Made by a program: the position numbers and the translations under genes. The notes under the pieces are model-generated. The model was given only the letters and a program-made list of their open reading frames with translations. It did no database searches and was not told where the DNA came from. A stretch of DNA of 63,238 bases, filler included, from Bigelowiella natans CCMP2755 (Eukaryota; Protista; Cercozoa), in the NCBI GenBank assembly GCA_000320545.1. It is 5 parts of 5 records of this genome, joined end to end, with 100 filler letters (N's around TTAATTAATTAA, not from the genome) between each part and the next. Parts side by side here need not be neighbours in the genome. Positions count along the whole stretch, not along the records: positions 5,319 to 31,907 come from ADNK01000864.1; 4 more parts are not named here. One strand, written 5' to 3'. Of this stretch, positions 13,706 through 28,301 are shown piece after piece (within the stretch, counting starts at the first letter, position 1; every line of letters starts with the position of its first letter).

Positions 13706-15036
13706 TTGGCCTCCATTCCCGAGTCAAGGGCAAGTAGGGATGATGAACTCGGAAGTAATGATCATTGCAGCGGCTCGACTGTTGCCTGTTGTTGTCAAAT
13801 TCAACAAATATTTTCGGAAAATAGATGGGATGACTTCCAATTACCTCGGTTATTTCAAAATCAAGCTCCTAGTCTGAAATATATCCTCAACATTTCATAG
13901 ATCTCTGACACATCATCATGTGCAAGGAGAGCTTACATCGAACTGTCGCATTATCACAAGTCGGATCGTCCTACAATGTTAGTAATTATCAGGTTGATTT
14001 ATGTCCACGTTGTCTTCATCAACTCTCGCAGCTGTAGAATAAGAAGATTCCTGGAAGTTTCCTTGATCCAGTGCCGTCAAAACTCAGGCCCCGCTTCGTC
14101 AAATTCCAGAATGGAGATGCAGGATCCGAAGAGAAGTACATTGTCGGACAAGGAGAGGTTGGGTGCATCGAAGCAAGCAGTTATCCCTCCGAATAGTGAG
14201 AGGAAAGCCAGAAGGCCTTTCAGACGGCCAAAAGCAGAAAAACGTATACAATAGCTTCTCAGATTCACTTTATTTTTCCGAAACTGATGCGTACTACTGC
14301 ACAGAGGTTGAAGAATTGAACTTCCTTCCCAACGCTGTGGGGTCATCGTCCCTCACCCTGTGGCACAGACCGAAAGTTCAGCATCTGATTCATATGAAGG
14401 TGATTCGCTAATTTAGTACGTGGATCATCTATCACCTCAGATCTTTGTTTTAGGAAAAACATAAAGTTACAATGATTATTACGGCCCTCGCAGATAGAGA
14501 GAAGCCAAATTGGATACGAGATGAATGCAAAAAGTTAGGGTAAATGAATCTGAAAGTAAACCACGAGAGGCGATTCCTTATTGTACTTTTTACGGCTTGA
14601 AAGATTGAAGTGGTTTCACATACCTTTAAATGGGGCAAATAAGACGCTTTTATCAACTAAAGGCACTTTGAAGTTGGTCAGTGATTTCATAAACTAATTA
14701 TGTGATAAGCTAATTATGCATCGATAAGATTAAGATATTGCTATCGAACAGGTATCAGAGAGACTCGTAGAACTTTTGAAAATTCTCGCATCAAGTAAGG
14801 AGCGTGCGCTTTTGCACTGCGCTGCAGGAATACACAGAACAGGTATGTCAGACTACCTAAGCTCGAACGAAGCACCTTACTTTGTCAAATCTAGGCGTAC
14901 TCTCGTACACGTTATTACGATGCAGTGGTTTCAACACAAGAGAAAAGGTCTTTAAGATTACGGCCATCCTCTTTGTTTCATAATGAAAATATGCTATATA
15001 CAACACACACACACACACACCACACAAACACACACA

Positions 15037-15123
<87 letters not shown>

Positions 15124-15490
15124 CAAGGCAATGGAAGGAATTAAAAAAATGAGGCAACACACTCATGATGGCGTAAAGGTAATTTCTGCTCATGGTAGTG
15201 TGTATTTGTGCCACGTTAATAAATGCTCAAGAAAGGATGGCTGATTTGTACTAAAATTTTCTAGTATTTGACATTTTCAGCTTTATTGATTTTAGTGAAT
15301 TTAATACATCAAAATACTTACACAGGATTGGAGAATAGATCTCGCTGAAGAGATGATCCTTCCTGCTGTGGTAGCACAGCTAGAGCCTAGTAGTGAAGCA
15401 CACTCCGATAATTTGGACCAGCCACCGACACCACCGCTAGTGAAAGATGTTGAAAACAATGTAGAGACTGTGAAAGCAAGAAAGGGTTAG
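13706..15490 (+). CDS. Multi-exon hypothetical protein
   Basis: GT-AG-bounded exons such as EKHKVTMIITALADREKPNWIRDECKKLG (~14454-14540), VSERLVELLKFSHQ and EYTEQ. The last exon DWRIDLAEEMILPAVVAQLEP...KARKG ends at TAG 15488-15490. The start is uncertain. Confidence 0.4.
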
Positions 15491-15992
15491 AATGTAGGTT
15501 TCTGCATTGCAAATCATGATTATACACCTTAGCTCTACTAGCTGTTGCTACGTGCATCCTTATTGCTATGGACCGACTGCTAACGCTGCACATGCGGACG
15601 CTAAAACAATTGAATTCAACAGCGCACGCACATGTAGCATCATGCTAGCTAGCTAGTATGCGACGGACTAGCGGGGCTTTGCGATGTAGGTTTAGCTTGT
15701 AATGCTGTGGATGCGACATGTATATCGTTGACTGATATGTGCCTGCTAGCTATGTCTAAATGTGCATGTCTAGATGTGTATTATTAGCGCGCTAGCCTCG
15801 ATCAGCCTGATGTTGCTTTCCTTGTCACTGCTATGGTAGCTTTTTCTAGTTTCTAACCATTTGGTTTTACATGTTGGCCTGGGTCTACATACAGGAAAGA
15901 AGGCGCATGGATCTACAAATAAATTTGAAGGGCCTGCCTTGTGTAGCGAATCAGCTTGCACCTTACTGGAGCGCAACTTTCCCGCTTTGGTA

Positions 15993-18900
15993 TCAAATCC
16001 TAAATCCCAGTACGGAGCCGGTGCTCGTTCGCTTCTTAGATTTGCAGTTCTTTCTATGGTGCTTCTCCCCTTTCCCTTTTTTCAACTTCGATGTATTCTT
16101 TACCTTTCTCGACACTGTTTGCGATAGTGAACATATGGCAGCCTTACCTTGGAGCGGTATCACGTCATTGCGATTTGTTGGTGATACTACTGATAGATTA
16201 TTTTCCCTCTTTTCTTTCAGTAGCTTTGACGCCTTCACAAACGGCTCCTTTGAATCTCTGGAAAGAGTATGATCAAGACCTTCGTTGGCTGCATGGAGGG
16301 GGCTAAGATGGTTCTTCACGCCATATGCAGGTGTCTCGCTTGGAGCAGTCGATCCTTTATGGGATGGAGTCTTATTTGTTGTTGTGCTTTGCTTTTCATC
16401 ACAATCACCTACGAAAAAAATGAAATCCCATGATGAAGAAAGTGTTATTGTGATCACGTGTAGAGTCAGTTTACCCAATAGCTTTGGGGGAACATCGTCG
16501 AGAAACCGACTGGGAAGCAAAGGGGTGCCCATTTCGTCTCTTTGAATGCACCGGATACAAAGTTTCAATTTTGCTCTTGACATTGCAACGTAGGCTAAGC
16601 GACGTTCCTGTGAGAGCAATTGATATCAACTCATTTTTGTGTTGCTTTAAAGTCATAAAATAGTAATACTTCCTCTATCTGAAGAAGCTCTTTTGCTTTA
16701 TCGTCTGTCCGCGGGGGTAGGGGTAGGATACCATCGTTGAAGTGAATAAGAAAGACCACTGGCCATTCAAGTCCTTTAGCCTAACGGAAATATCAATCGT
16801 TTAAATGAGATGATTGATTGATCCACACAGAATCAAGAGAATACCTGATGAATTGTACTTAGTGTCACATGATCACTAGCATTCTCCTTCTCGTTCTCCT
16901 GGAGATCGAAATCACATTCCAAGTGTTTATTTAAATATGGGAATTCGTCTTATGCTGAATCGATTGCACTAATATCCAATGTCATATATTATCTTGTCAA
17001 AGTGCCCAAGACCTTTCTTTTGATCTGACGAGTGAAATCTCGAATTCGGTCTTTAAGCTTCAAGCTGGGATTGGAATGGTTGGTATTGTCATATCCAGCG
17101 GCCCGCTGCAACAGTCTCTTGACGGCACCCATTTTGTGCTCTAACTCATCCGTCTGTTGAGCGCAAGATATCTCAGGAACACGGGCACAAGCAAAGACGA
17201 AGAAAAATAGCATAACCTTTGAACAGGACTTCTGGATGTAAGAGTAATAGCCTATTGTGGTAATGATGTTGTCAAGAATATCCCTTATTGGACGCCCTTG
17301 AGAATACTCCCTGAAATTGCTTATTGTCAGTATAAATTTTCGTAGGGCTGTGACGCCCCTGGCAGTAATTCCTCGTAATTTCGACTTCACAGCCATTCGC
17401 GCTGCTTTCATATAGCTCTTTCCTACACTATTGGCCAGCTCACGGACATTTGAGAGGACGCTGAGTCCCAAACCTCGCTTGGGTGTGTTAATGACACGCT
17501 CGAAAGCCTTGTCATCGTCTTTTGCCACGAGATCCAAGTACGCAATAAGATCTAGAACTTGCTTCGTTTGTCCAAAAGGTTTTGATGTCGCCGCAGAGTT
17601 TTTGTAAGGAATCTGATTACGCTTCAGGCATTCTGACGTAGCCTTTAAAGCCCTCCGTGTTCTAGTTAGAATCGCGAACGCTTTATAGCGCAGCCCGAAT
17701 TTATTCATACGGAGCTTGATCTCATCGATGACAGTTTGGGCTTCCTTGTGTCGGTCACGCAAAACTTTAAAATCTATCATTTCCCCCCTCCCATTCTCGG
17801 TCCATAAAACCTTCTCCCGACGTTTCTTGTTCTTCTTTATAAGGGATGAAACCTGAATTTATGTAAGACAAGTCAACTATTCACTATACTAGATAAAAAG
17901 ATAAAATCCAACGTACCGCCGCCACTATAGTCTTGGTATTCCTAAAAGTCTGATTTAGCACCACAATTTGATGATCCTTGAAAGTCTTTGCAAAAAGATC
18001 AAATCCTTGCACTGTAGCTCCTCGCCAGCCACTATTATTGTAGATTAACTTATTTACACTCCAGACAACACCCAAAGTAAGAAGTTACTAGATAGATTGG
18101 TCGTCGTCCCCACACACAGTAAGATGGCCTCCGTCAGAAGCAATCAATCTCATCAACTCAAATTGATCTTTTGAAAGGTCTTGAAATTCGTCAACAAATA
18201 CGTACTTGAAGTTTTGACGGGTTTGCCTGATTTGGATAGAGGATCACTTACCATCACAAACATCTTTGCAAATAAGGTAAAGTCACTTTAGGATATCGGC
18301 TCGTTTGTTGAATAGATGAAGGGTCAGCGGGATCATGTCAGAGAAGTCAATCGCTTGCCGGTTGCGAAGCTCATCTATATAATGCTTGTAAATGGTACAA
18401 TGAGCATGATCTTCAAAGTCTTTTGGAGATTTTTGTTGTCGCTTCGCCTTTCGAATAAAATTAACGAAGTAGTTGACCACACGCGAGCTCGTTGTATTAT
18501 TTTTCTTTGACTTAGAGCTGCTGCCTTTTGATTCCCTTCCTATCATCATCTCGATAACTAAGACCAAAGCAATAATTGGCGCAGCTGACGGAGATAACAT
18601 CATCTTTGAATCTGACCTTGATCTTCCTCTTCTCCGTTTTCGTTGTTAGCCTGGGTCATACTTGCAACTAATTCCCCCTTTCTACAAGTCTTTTCATATT
18701 TAGCCACACTGTAAAAAGATTATTAGACTATAAATCATGCGAGTGTTAGGTGAGGGTGGAAAATACCATTCTTCTATCACGTCCCTCTGGTCCTTCTGAA
18801 ATAATTACATTCATTCTAAAATATAAATATACACAGTGATGAACCTAAGATAGTTATGAAGTATAAGTACCGCTCCGAGCACCATGAACTGGTTCTTGAA

Positions 18901-19929
18901 TCCTATCTCGGAATAATGCCTCCGAAGTATACGTAAGGCAAACTAACATTGCACATCATAAACAAATAAACAAATATATCTTCCGTGTCCAAAAATTTCA
19001 AAATAATTACTACCTGATGAAAGTTTGCAATTAGGACCCCCGCTGCTTTCTTCCAGCCCATGAGTTTTTCAATTCGCTGCCGCAATTCTTCAGCAGCCTA
19101 CATGCAAGAATCTGTACATATGTTTTCGATCAATAGTTCTTCAAAATTTCACCTTCCGTGTGAACGTGATTGCAAGTATTCTCTGGCTTTGTGCTCCTCG
19201 GTGGAGGAACTAAATGAAATTGAGTTGTAAGTAATTGTGGAGAAGATTACAAACTCCTTTTCGTACATGGCATATTCTGGTTGTCAAGGTTCTAGTTTTC
19301 CCACTTCCTGTAAGAAATACAGGTGAAGAACAAGTGTTTTGATTGTAGAAAAGTATCACATTACCAGCACACGCAACTATCATCAGTGGTTTGGAATCTG
19401 CGAAGACCGCATTTTTCTGCAAGGTCGTGAGACTTCGGCAATATGGCAAGTCTTCACCATTACGTTCAGTCAGATCAAGCTTTTGTTTCAGCTCAATTGA
19501 GGCCAAAAAATTAGAATTTGTAACGAGACGCTGTTGGGGATTGTAAGAGGACGAAAGGCTTTGTCGCGGAGACTGATCTGGAAATCTTCTTGTTTGTCGC
19601 TGCCGCTTGGTATGATCATTCGAACTGATTGGAATGAATCACTGAGCAAGCTTGGATCTTTCTTTTTTAAAAAAATACATTGTCTTATCTGACCTGACGG
19701 TCCCGTTGTTTCGAATTTCTCCTTTTACTCTGGATCTCTTCTTTACAGGCCGTAAAGGCAGCTTACTACTTCCACTGAGCTGCGAGAACGATAGGCTCAT
19801 ATCGTGAATGGGAAGGGGAAAGTCTTCGAATGCCGATTCCTTCCAACAGACAACCGAGCTCTTTGACGCAAGACGTTTTTCTACTGGATTTGTTAAGCCT
19901 TCGATTTTAGCGAGGGAAGCTATTCGCAT
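15993..19929 (-). CDS. uvrD: UvrD/PcrA/Srs2-family superfamily-1 DNA helicase (multi-exon)
   Basis: SF1A motifs appear in order across short introns: LMIVACAG|SGKTRTL (Walker A), AITFTRK|AAEELRQRI, NFHQ, YVFVDEFQD (Walker B), VCGDDDQSI..GWRGA, LNQTFRNTKTIV, AILTRT, FERVINTPKRGLG, VTLSTIHQ|AKGLEWPVVF, ERRLAYVAMSRAK. The start ATG at 19929 is tentative. Confidence 0.93.
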
Positions 19930-20500
19930 GGACAATTATTCGACCAATTTCCACAGGTTGCGTGCAGCCCAAAATGTAGTCTAACTTTAGAAATAAGACA
20001 TGATGATAATGATAGCTTGTCGAACGAGCTGTGCCTGTGCAAGCCGAGAAAGACATCCAATTTGGAATGAGAAGTCTCTAAGAAGTTTCTTTTGAAATTG
20101 ATGTCTTTAGGTAGATAAAGGGCCCATTTATGATAACTCTAAATCAAGATATTCCAAAATAAATCTGACGGTAGTAACAAAGAGACAGAAGAGCGTGAAA
20201 AACTAAAAAGATAGAAAAACAATCCCGCTCCAGGCATGTCGACACCAACACACCGATTCATCCCCACTCCCCCCCCGTACTTTCTTCTTTCTGTTTTCCC
20301 ATAGTTTCCCCTGTATCCTGAGTTAGTGACATAAATTATTCTCGTATACTTAACATCATGCGTAAGAATATTTCATGGAGTACACCCTAGAGCGGCATTT
20401 CTTAAAGATGCGTGATTTGCGGCATGTACCATTCTTCAAACGAAGCACCATTTCTTCTGGGCATTGCTGAGAAGTCTATTTGGACAGATTTACATGAAAT

Positions 20501-21067
20501 ATGGCTGAAATCAGTGAGTCTGACCTGAAGACGAAGCTGTTCTCCATTCTGGACAATGAAGACCTATCCACATTTACCAAAAAACAAGCTCGCATCAAGC
20601 TTGAGGGGGAGTTTGGGCTCGAGAAAAACGGTCTCAAGAAGCGCAAGAAGGAGATTAATGGATACCTCGATGCGTACTTAAATATGAAACAGGATATAGA
20701 TGGAGAGGAAGAAGAGGTTGAGGAACGCCCAAAGAAGAAAGCCAGAAAAGAGGAGAACACTGAAAAGAAGACTCCCACATTCGAGACGAAAACCCGGACT
20801 GGGCAAGAAGCTCCTAAGAAATTAAAGGATCTGCAATCTGATTTAATGACAGTACAGGAGTTCCACCAAAAAGCGGAGGATATTAAAATTTCTCTTCATG
20901 GAAATGAACTTCTAGGTAGACCTCGGAGCTTCGCATCTAGTAACTTAGGCTGGTATTTAGGCGGAAAGATCCAAATTCCTATAGGAAAGAAGCTGGTGTG
21001 GTGCCAAGCTGGAATAAACATAACAATTCCTGGTTCTAAGGAATGGTCAGGTCAACTAGAGCGGTGA
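20501..21067 (+). CDS. DEK-C domain protein with a compact C-terminal beta-rich domain (188 aa, intronless)
   Basis: Clean ORF. The N-terminus ISESDLKTKLFSILDNEDLSTFTKKQARIKLEGEFGL...KKRKKEINGYL matches the DEK C-terminal domain pattern. An acidic/basic linker precedes the C-terminal PRSFASSNLGWYLGGK...AGINITIPGSKEW. Confidence 0.8.
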   Translation: MAEISESDLKTKLFSILDNEDLSTFTKKQARIKLEGEFGLEKNGLKKRKKEINGYLDAYLNMKQDIDGEEEEVEERPKKKARKEENTEKKTPTFETKTRTGQEAPKKLKDLQSDLMTVQEFHQKAEDIKISLHGNELLGRPRSFASSNLGWYLGGKIQIPIGKKLVWCQAGINITIPGSKEWSGQLER

Positions 21068-21804
21068 ACAAATACCAAAATGCGCATAGCGACCGAATTT
21101 GGTGCAAATGCAAGCAAGCGAAAATCAAGCACATACATCACTTGCAACGTCAACATGCACACCAATCATTCACAGCACTCAGCAAATGCTTGAATTTTGA
21201 TGACTTCAAAGCATGACATGTCAGCGAGTCACGTGTATACGCCAAAGTGAAAAAGTGGCAATTTTCGGATGTTTATTTTATAATTTTCATCATGATGACT
21301 CTCGACATAGCAGCGCTATACCCATATATGATGCTGTGTCTATTATCTATGCATGTACTAGAAATAATTCATAACTATACGATGCGTGCGATCGATCATC
21401 ATTCAATTTATTAATGCGTGCGCGTCTCCCGTACGACAGGGACATCTAGACATCTGTCTGCAATGGCTGCTACATCACACACGTACGACATGTTCATCTG
21501 TGCACCATTGCTACACATTCGAATTGCGATGTGCAGGGAACATCGCTGCAGCAGAGCTATTAGATCTAGAGATGACCGATCCAGCTGCATGCATAAATGT
21601 GCAGTTTCATTTATTTGCTGAAGCACAAATAGATAGAAATTATCTGTTATAGATTTAACGATGCATCATAGGCGCGGTTATGAATGCAACTACATAAGAG
21701 TCTGGATCGATTGGCGCAAGTTTAATCGCGGTCACCACATTTGTTATCTTTACAAATATAAATTCAATGCTGATGCTTTTGCTTAAACGGTCGACTGCAG
21801 TAAT

Positions 21805-24800
21805 CTATGCACAGTGTGTAGGCATTGTTAGCTTGATTATATCTTGATCCGAGTCAGGAAAATGATTCAACTTGCCTGTTCAAAAAAAAAATCATCTCAA
21901 TAAAATCCACATGAATCCTCTTTTAGGGGACCTACCTTATTTTTCAAATCAGCATCGTGATGGCGATTCGTATTCTGGAGTAGCTCCTTGCAAGCATCTC
22001 TGAAATTAGATAGAGTCGGTATTAAAAATACTTGGAAGTCATGTTCGAAAAAAGTATCACCAACCTGTTTTCTTCATCCATCTCATCCCCATTCACATTT
22101 TCTAACACGCTGACGAATTAGATTGAGCATCACTAAAAATCACTGAAGACTGGGAGATAAGGCGATCATGTTAACTAACCACAACCTTTCGGAGATTTGA
22201 TAGATCTTGTAGCTCACTAACACAGTCGCGAATCCACCTAAGGCATACCTATACAAACAAATGAAAAGAGAAACGACGACAACGGCAACGATTAAGTGGA
22301 TGAGAAACGGGGGGGATCGAAGAAAGAAGAAATTGCGTCAGTAAGACGGGAAAATCACCACCAACATTGCTCTACCCGATAAGATCAGCGACAGTCCTTG
22401 GTATTCCATTGTCATGTACGTGCTTTCCAACCTGGAAGAAACACAGTGAAGAAGGAGAAAGTAACAACCACCCTGCCGTGTATATCACACTTTTCTTGTG
22501 AAACCGATAGCTGAGATCCCAAAAACCCGGGGGGGGGGATAGAGGAGTAGAGAACAGTGACTGCAATATTTAAAGTACATTATTACCGCTCCTAAGTAAC
22601 AGTAGGGTATAGAGGCTGGAATTAGGCCTGCTATTGTCCCAAGTGCATAGGGGCCAAATCTGGATTACAAACAGCAAAGAAGAAAAAGAAGAAAGAATGT
22701 CAGGTTCTTGCTGGTGAAGATGCAGCACCATTCGCAATCTCCAGGACAAAAGGGGGAACAGGGATTAGAAGCATCACTAAAAACGCTTTCCCTCTCAGCT
22801 GTGTTCTAGTTTCCGAAAAAATATGATGACCTTAGCTCGGTAAGGGCGAGGAGTACAGTGCATATAGTAAGGGGCGTGATTGGGGATACACGCAACAGCA
22901 GACTGACGGCGGCATTTCAAACAACCAATAACAAAAACAAAAACAGCATTAACATAAAACAAGGATACGAATTTAGGAGGGGAAATCTGAACAGAACAGA
23001 AATTTAAATCCAATAGTTATACTGAAATGCTCGCATTCATATTTTCACTCGTTCAGCATTGACGAACAACCCAACCGCTTTCTAACCTCTTTCCTGATTG
23101 TCAAACTCAACCGTAGAGTATGTCATCTACATTTATTAATCAAGAATGCCATACGTGATCTGTAGTCCAGTCCAATCGTCCTTCATGGCTGCGCTGAGGC
23201 GTTTTGCGCGGACGGTGTATTGGTCTAACCACTTAAAGTGGCGGCTCATGCTTCTATCTTTGCCATTTTTACTCAGCGATGTCGCTAATGAAGATTCTTG
23301 ACATTCGTTGTCAGGAGACGACAACAGCTGTGAAGGAGGAGAGGAAACCGCGGAAGAAGAAAGGTTGGAAAGGGATTCATCGCAGTCGGAGCCCGTATTT
23401 AATTTACTCTGTATTGGGATGTATACAATGAAGCATCATATGAAACAAATTCTCTTGCAAATGACACGGAGGAAGTGCGTTCTTAGTGTGCGTTTGACAA
23501 AAAACAACGATTTCTCATCATCTTCATGTGAGCAGCAATGAGAGCTCCATCAAACTACATTCTGTTGAAAAGCGAGCTTGAGAGCTTGGAAAGCTAAGCA
23601 GCAGCCAAAGGATGTCCCAAGCACGTAGATACATGTACCGGTCTGAGAGTGTATCACTTAGTTGTGAGATCAATGATGATTCATTATTTTGTTAAAAATT
23701 AAGCCCATTAATGGGGGTGACCCTCTCCGTTATTGTCATCATTCTCGTAACTTAACAAGCACTGCCATAATATCCAACTCACCACTGTTCCAAAAGCAGC
23801 GCCAGCTACAATATTCATTACAACGTCGACAGCAAGAGGCGGTACTACAGAGTTCGACGTATGGGAGCGGGAGGGGAAAGAAATGAGTTCATCGTGTAAA
23901 CTACAACGACCAAGTTTATTAATTTACAATTAATTTTTGCCCTTTGATGCACCTGATATTATTGACGCTATGGTCGACAAGTTGAAGAGCAAGAATAGCC
24001 CGCGAGATCCCTGGTACAATGAGCATCAATACACAAAGATTATTTATTTCTCTCAACTGTCGATCTACAATGCAGGCTTATTAAGATAGTTCTAACCTGA
24101 AGGTACTGGAGCCACTCATTAACGTTCATTAGGCGGTCGTAAAGGCCGAGGTCAATGAATAAGAACTATAACATTGTGGAAGGCGCATAGTTAGTATAAT
24201 GTCTTATAATGTCTTACATTGCCAAATGAGAATAATTCCAATTTGTACTTTTATAAACAGGGGAACCTTGAGAAGGAGAAAAATCGCTAAGCCAACAAGT
24301 CCGTAGATTGCATACCACCATCGACTGAGATAATAATTCAGATCAGAGCTCGGAATAAAATCTCTAAAAGACTTCTCCACTCATGTATCTCGCACATCAA
24401 CTGCATTATTTTCCGAAGTCTGTTCTACCTTTCATAGTTTCCATCGCTTTTGGTGCTCTGATCCAAAGAAACAAGACAAAAAAAATACATGAAGCTCATT
24501 ACGTGTACACTCGGCACCAATCCAGCTTGTTTGCAAAAGGAAAATTATCAAGGACCTTAAAGCTGAGACTTCGGAAGCGGGACGGTAATTCAAGGGCCCA
24601 CTGGAATGGAGAGGAACTGATCGCCTTCATCAGTAGCGATACGGTGAACTACACGTAGCTCCGTCACTGCTATCCTTCCTCCAAGGACACCCAGGAATGA
24701 TCCCACACTCACGGATGATTGGGCGATCCTCCACACACGCTTTAATGAGGTGATAACCTCTTGTTCCGATTGAGGGCACGCAGCGAGACTCTTCAGAAGG

Positions 24801-24856
24801 GACGGAGTCGTAGGTCAACGTAGTCCCAATTCAGACCCGACTTACGAAGGGAACAT
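21805..24856 (-). CDS. VTT/DedA (SNARE-associated Golgi protein, TVP38/TMEM64-like) membrane protein, multi-exon
   Basis: Exons encode VMNIVAGAAFG, GTCIYVLGTSFGCCLAF, RLSAAMKDDWTGLQIT, LLLRVSPITPLTICTVLLALT, FGPYALGTIAGLIPASIPYCYLG and YALGGFATVLVSYKIY, which is the characteristic VTT-domain motif order. Both ends are tentative. Confidence 0.8.
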
Positions 24857-25318
24857 AATTTAGATATTTGTAGCTTAAATTATTTCCCAAATTCGCAACT
24901 ATTTTGACAACAATGTTTACAATTCAGCGGTGCCGTTAGGTGCGTGGCCAAGGCGATGTGATCGGGAGAACCTCGAGAGATTATATAACAACAGATTTTA
25001 CCTAAAATTTCGCTACCTCTTTTTATCTCTCACTTCCTTTCCGCGAATATCTGATGCAAGCGCTGGATCGGTGTAGAGACTTGGCCTATTTCCAGTTAAA
25101 ATTCGGCACTGAAAAAACGAAGAAATAGGAAATTTACCTGCAATTCTAATATATATAATACACTATTGGATGTCGCAGGGTGCGAGCGAGGTGCTAAAGA
25201 TATGGTTGTCCGGAACACAGTTGACTGGAAGCAAATTCTGGATTTTGCCTGCTTTTCCTTGTCGTACGACGAAAAACTAGGATTTTCTGCAACTGAACAG
25301 AAATTTAAATCACGAACG

Positions 25319-27365
25319 ATGGCGGCCGATCAGCCTTTCGGGTGCCTCCGATCATAAATTATGCTCGCTCAAAGTTTTTATTCATTTCAATGATATTGCT
25401 AAATCCTTTACTTGTGATCAGTTTTTATATGAGAAGGAATTTTATACACAACGTAATTCTTAGTGGATGGCGGACACGTCAAAAAGGGACGAAATGCTGC
25501 ACTAGAGACCGGTTAGAGTATTCGATGATAAATCTATGTGGCGCTGTCGACGGGGCAGATACTGTAGTCCTATCAGCTATGTTCTCTGATATTGCAAGAA
25601 CTTTGGGAGTGAATCCGAAGAGGTACTTACTTCGAAAGATCACTAAGGTAAATGAGTACGACCTGCATAGAGAGTAAAAAATGCATTCCCTTCATATAGC
25701 CTTGGGATGCTGACGATGACCAGGGCTGCCCTACAAGCGCTCTCGTCCCCCGTTGCGAGTCTCCTCGACGCAAAATTCGAACGGTCAGTTTCTTGATTTT
25801 CATTCGTTCCTGTCTGGGAAATGGGTGTAGGAGATGGTTTTGGTATTTTGACGACGATGTGTAATTTCTTCCTCTTAGTCGGAAACTAATCGCAGCCGGG
25901 TGCATGTTATGGAGTGCTGCAACCGCACTTCTTGCGACATCTGTCTCATTCCCGATGCTATTTGCTCTTCGAGCACTGAACGGCATAGGGCTCGGTCTGG
26001 TGCCTCCCCTTCTCATGGCCTACGTTGCCGACTCGAACCCTGCCAATGCACATGGCAAGGCTTTTGGGTGGGTGCTGCTGCTTACTTCATCACCATTGAG
26101 TGGGGAAGAAAAGCGGGGTTGTCCACTTCGATGCGCATCTTCCTCCTCTGTCGCTCTGGATGTAACTGGCAGAAGTACGAATCAATTGTATTTTTGTATG
26201 TGTCTGCAGGACACTGGGGCTAGTAAGCTACATGGGGGCTGCTGTGGGTGTCGCAATAGCTACTGTCGTAGCAGCCCAGCCTGTAGGCTCAATTGAAGGC
26301 TGGCGTTTAGGCCTCGCTTTGGTGGCCCTGCTAGGCTTTATCGCTGGAGTTGTGACGTTAGTTCTCGTGAACGTTGGCAGCCGTACAAACGACGATGCGC
26401 CGCTGCGACGAAGCTCATTGCCTGATCAGGGCTCCCTTGCACTTGAAAGCGTACGCATCGGTGAGGCAGGTAACTTTGAGCAAGCAACAACCGAACTCAG
26501 GCTCGAGGATCCACTCGCTGACGGCAAAGGAAGAGGGGGGGAAGGAAAGGAGCATCAACGACCTAGAGAGGATGATGATGATGATGACGACGATGAATAC
26601 CATGATGCAAAGGTGACTTTGTCTGACTGTCCTTATTTAATGATGCCACCCCATGCTTCTGTTTGATTGTCCTCTCTCACCATCTACTAAATAATTTATA
26701 AATTCGTGATCGCAACGAAAAAAAGGTCATAAAGTCGGGTGGTGGCGGCGAGGGAGCAGCGTCATTTCAAGATGTGAGTTTCCGGCCAAATGAGTCGATG
26801 GGTATGGTCCAGGACACAAGGAAAGAGAAGGGGGGGGGGGGGGCTTCATCTCGCATCAAGTCATTGTTTGAGCCTAAGGTTCTAGCAGCTTTCGTGCGTG
26901 TGCTCAAGATTCCCACTTTCCAAATCTTAGTGGCCCAGGGCGTCTTAGGTTGTTAGTAGTAGTTCTAGTACTTCTGGTACTAGTAGTAGTAGTAGTGATG
27001 ATGATGAGGATAATGATGTAAGCTTTTAAATAACGGCATGAGAAAACTCCCAGAAAGTCGTAAAAAAACAGAATGCTAATGTTTGCCGACTTAATCGCGT
27101 TCCCCCCAGGATCGATGCCATGGGCAGCAATGACCTTTTTGATCTGGTGGTTGGAACTAGCTTGTTTCCAGCACTGGGAAGCAGGCATGCTGAGCTTCAT
27201 TCTCACCCTAGGAGTAGCAGCTGGCAACGTGCTTGGAGGTAAGGAAGATATAACAGAATCACTTGTCGTATCGTCATCTCGTCATTCAGTGGCAAGGTGG
27301 AGAAAATCTGTGTGTTGGATCTAGAAGAAGAAGATAAAAGGGGGGGAGCAAAAACAAAAAGAAAA

Positions 27366-27413
<48 letters not shown>

Positions 27414-27567
27414 GCTAATGATAATGGAGATTGTGCCAACCACCAGCATCACAGCTGCATGCTGTTCGTCATCAGGCTATATCGGAGACCGCCTCGCACG
27501 CTTCAGCCCTGATCATGGGCGCATATACGCAGCTCAGTTTTCGGTAACATCAACACACGATTGTAGC

Positions 27568-27598
<31 letters not shown>

Positions 27599-27963
27599 TT
27601 GTTCAGTACCACCACCACCTCCACTACTACTACTACCATCGCCCTGTGGTATAGTGCTCATGACCACCCCATTACTTCATCCACCTGCCGCTGTTGTTGT
27701 TGTTGTTGTTCTTCTTCTTCTTCTTCTTCTTCGACAAAGCACATGCATTCATACGATCAATGGTAGGTACTGTCTGGTATCCCGTTACTGTACGTCATCT
27801 TCTTCCTCCTCCCTACTGGTGAGGAAGGCCGCTCGATGGGGGCGTTCGCGGTGTCGTTGTTCGTCTTTGGTCTCTGCATCTCGTGGTGTAGCGCAGCTGT
27901 CAACCAGCCCATTATGAGCGAAATCGTTCCGGTGAGTTGCTGTTCGGTGTATATTATATGTAG

Positions 27964-28004
<41 letters not shown>

Positions 28005-28194
28005 TGTGTGTGATGAGTGGGATTGCGTGTTCATCTGTCATACATCATGGGTAATATCCATCATAATTTCCTTTTATCTAACCGCCTTCCTCCTCCTCCT
28101 CCTCCTCTTTCACCAGACAAGCCACAGGGCAATCATCTTCAGTCTAGACCGCTCATTTGAAGGGGGGATGTCCGCCATTGCACCATGTAGATAT

Positions 28195-28239
<45 letters not shown>

Positions 28240-28262
28240 CACACATACACCTACACCTACAC

Positions 28263-28301
<39 letters not shown>

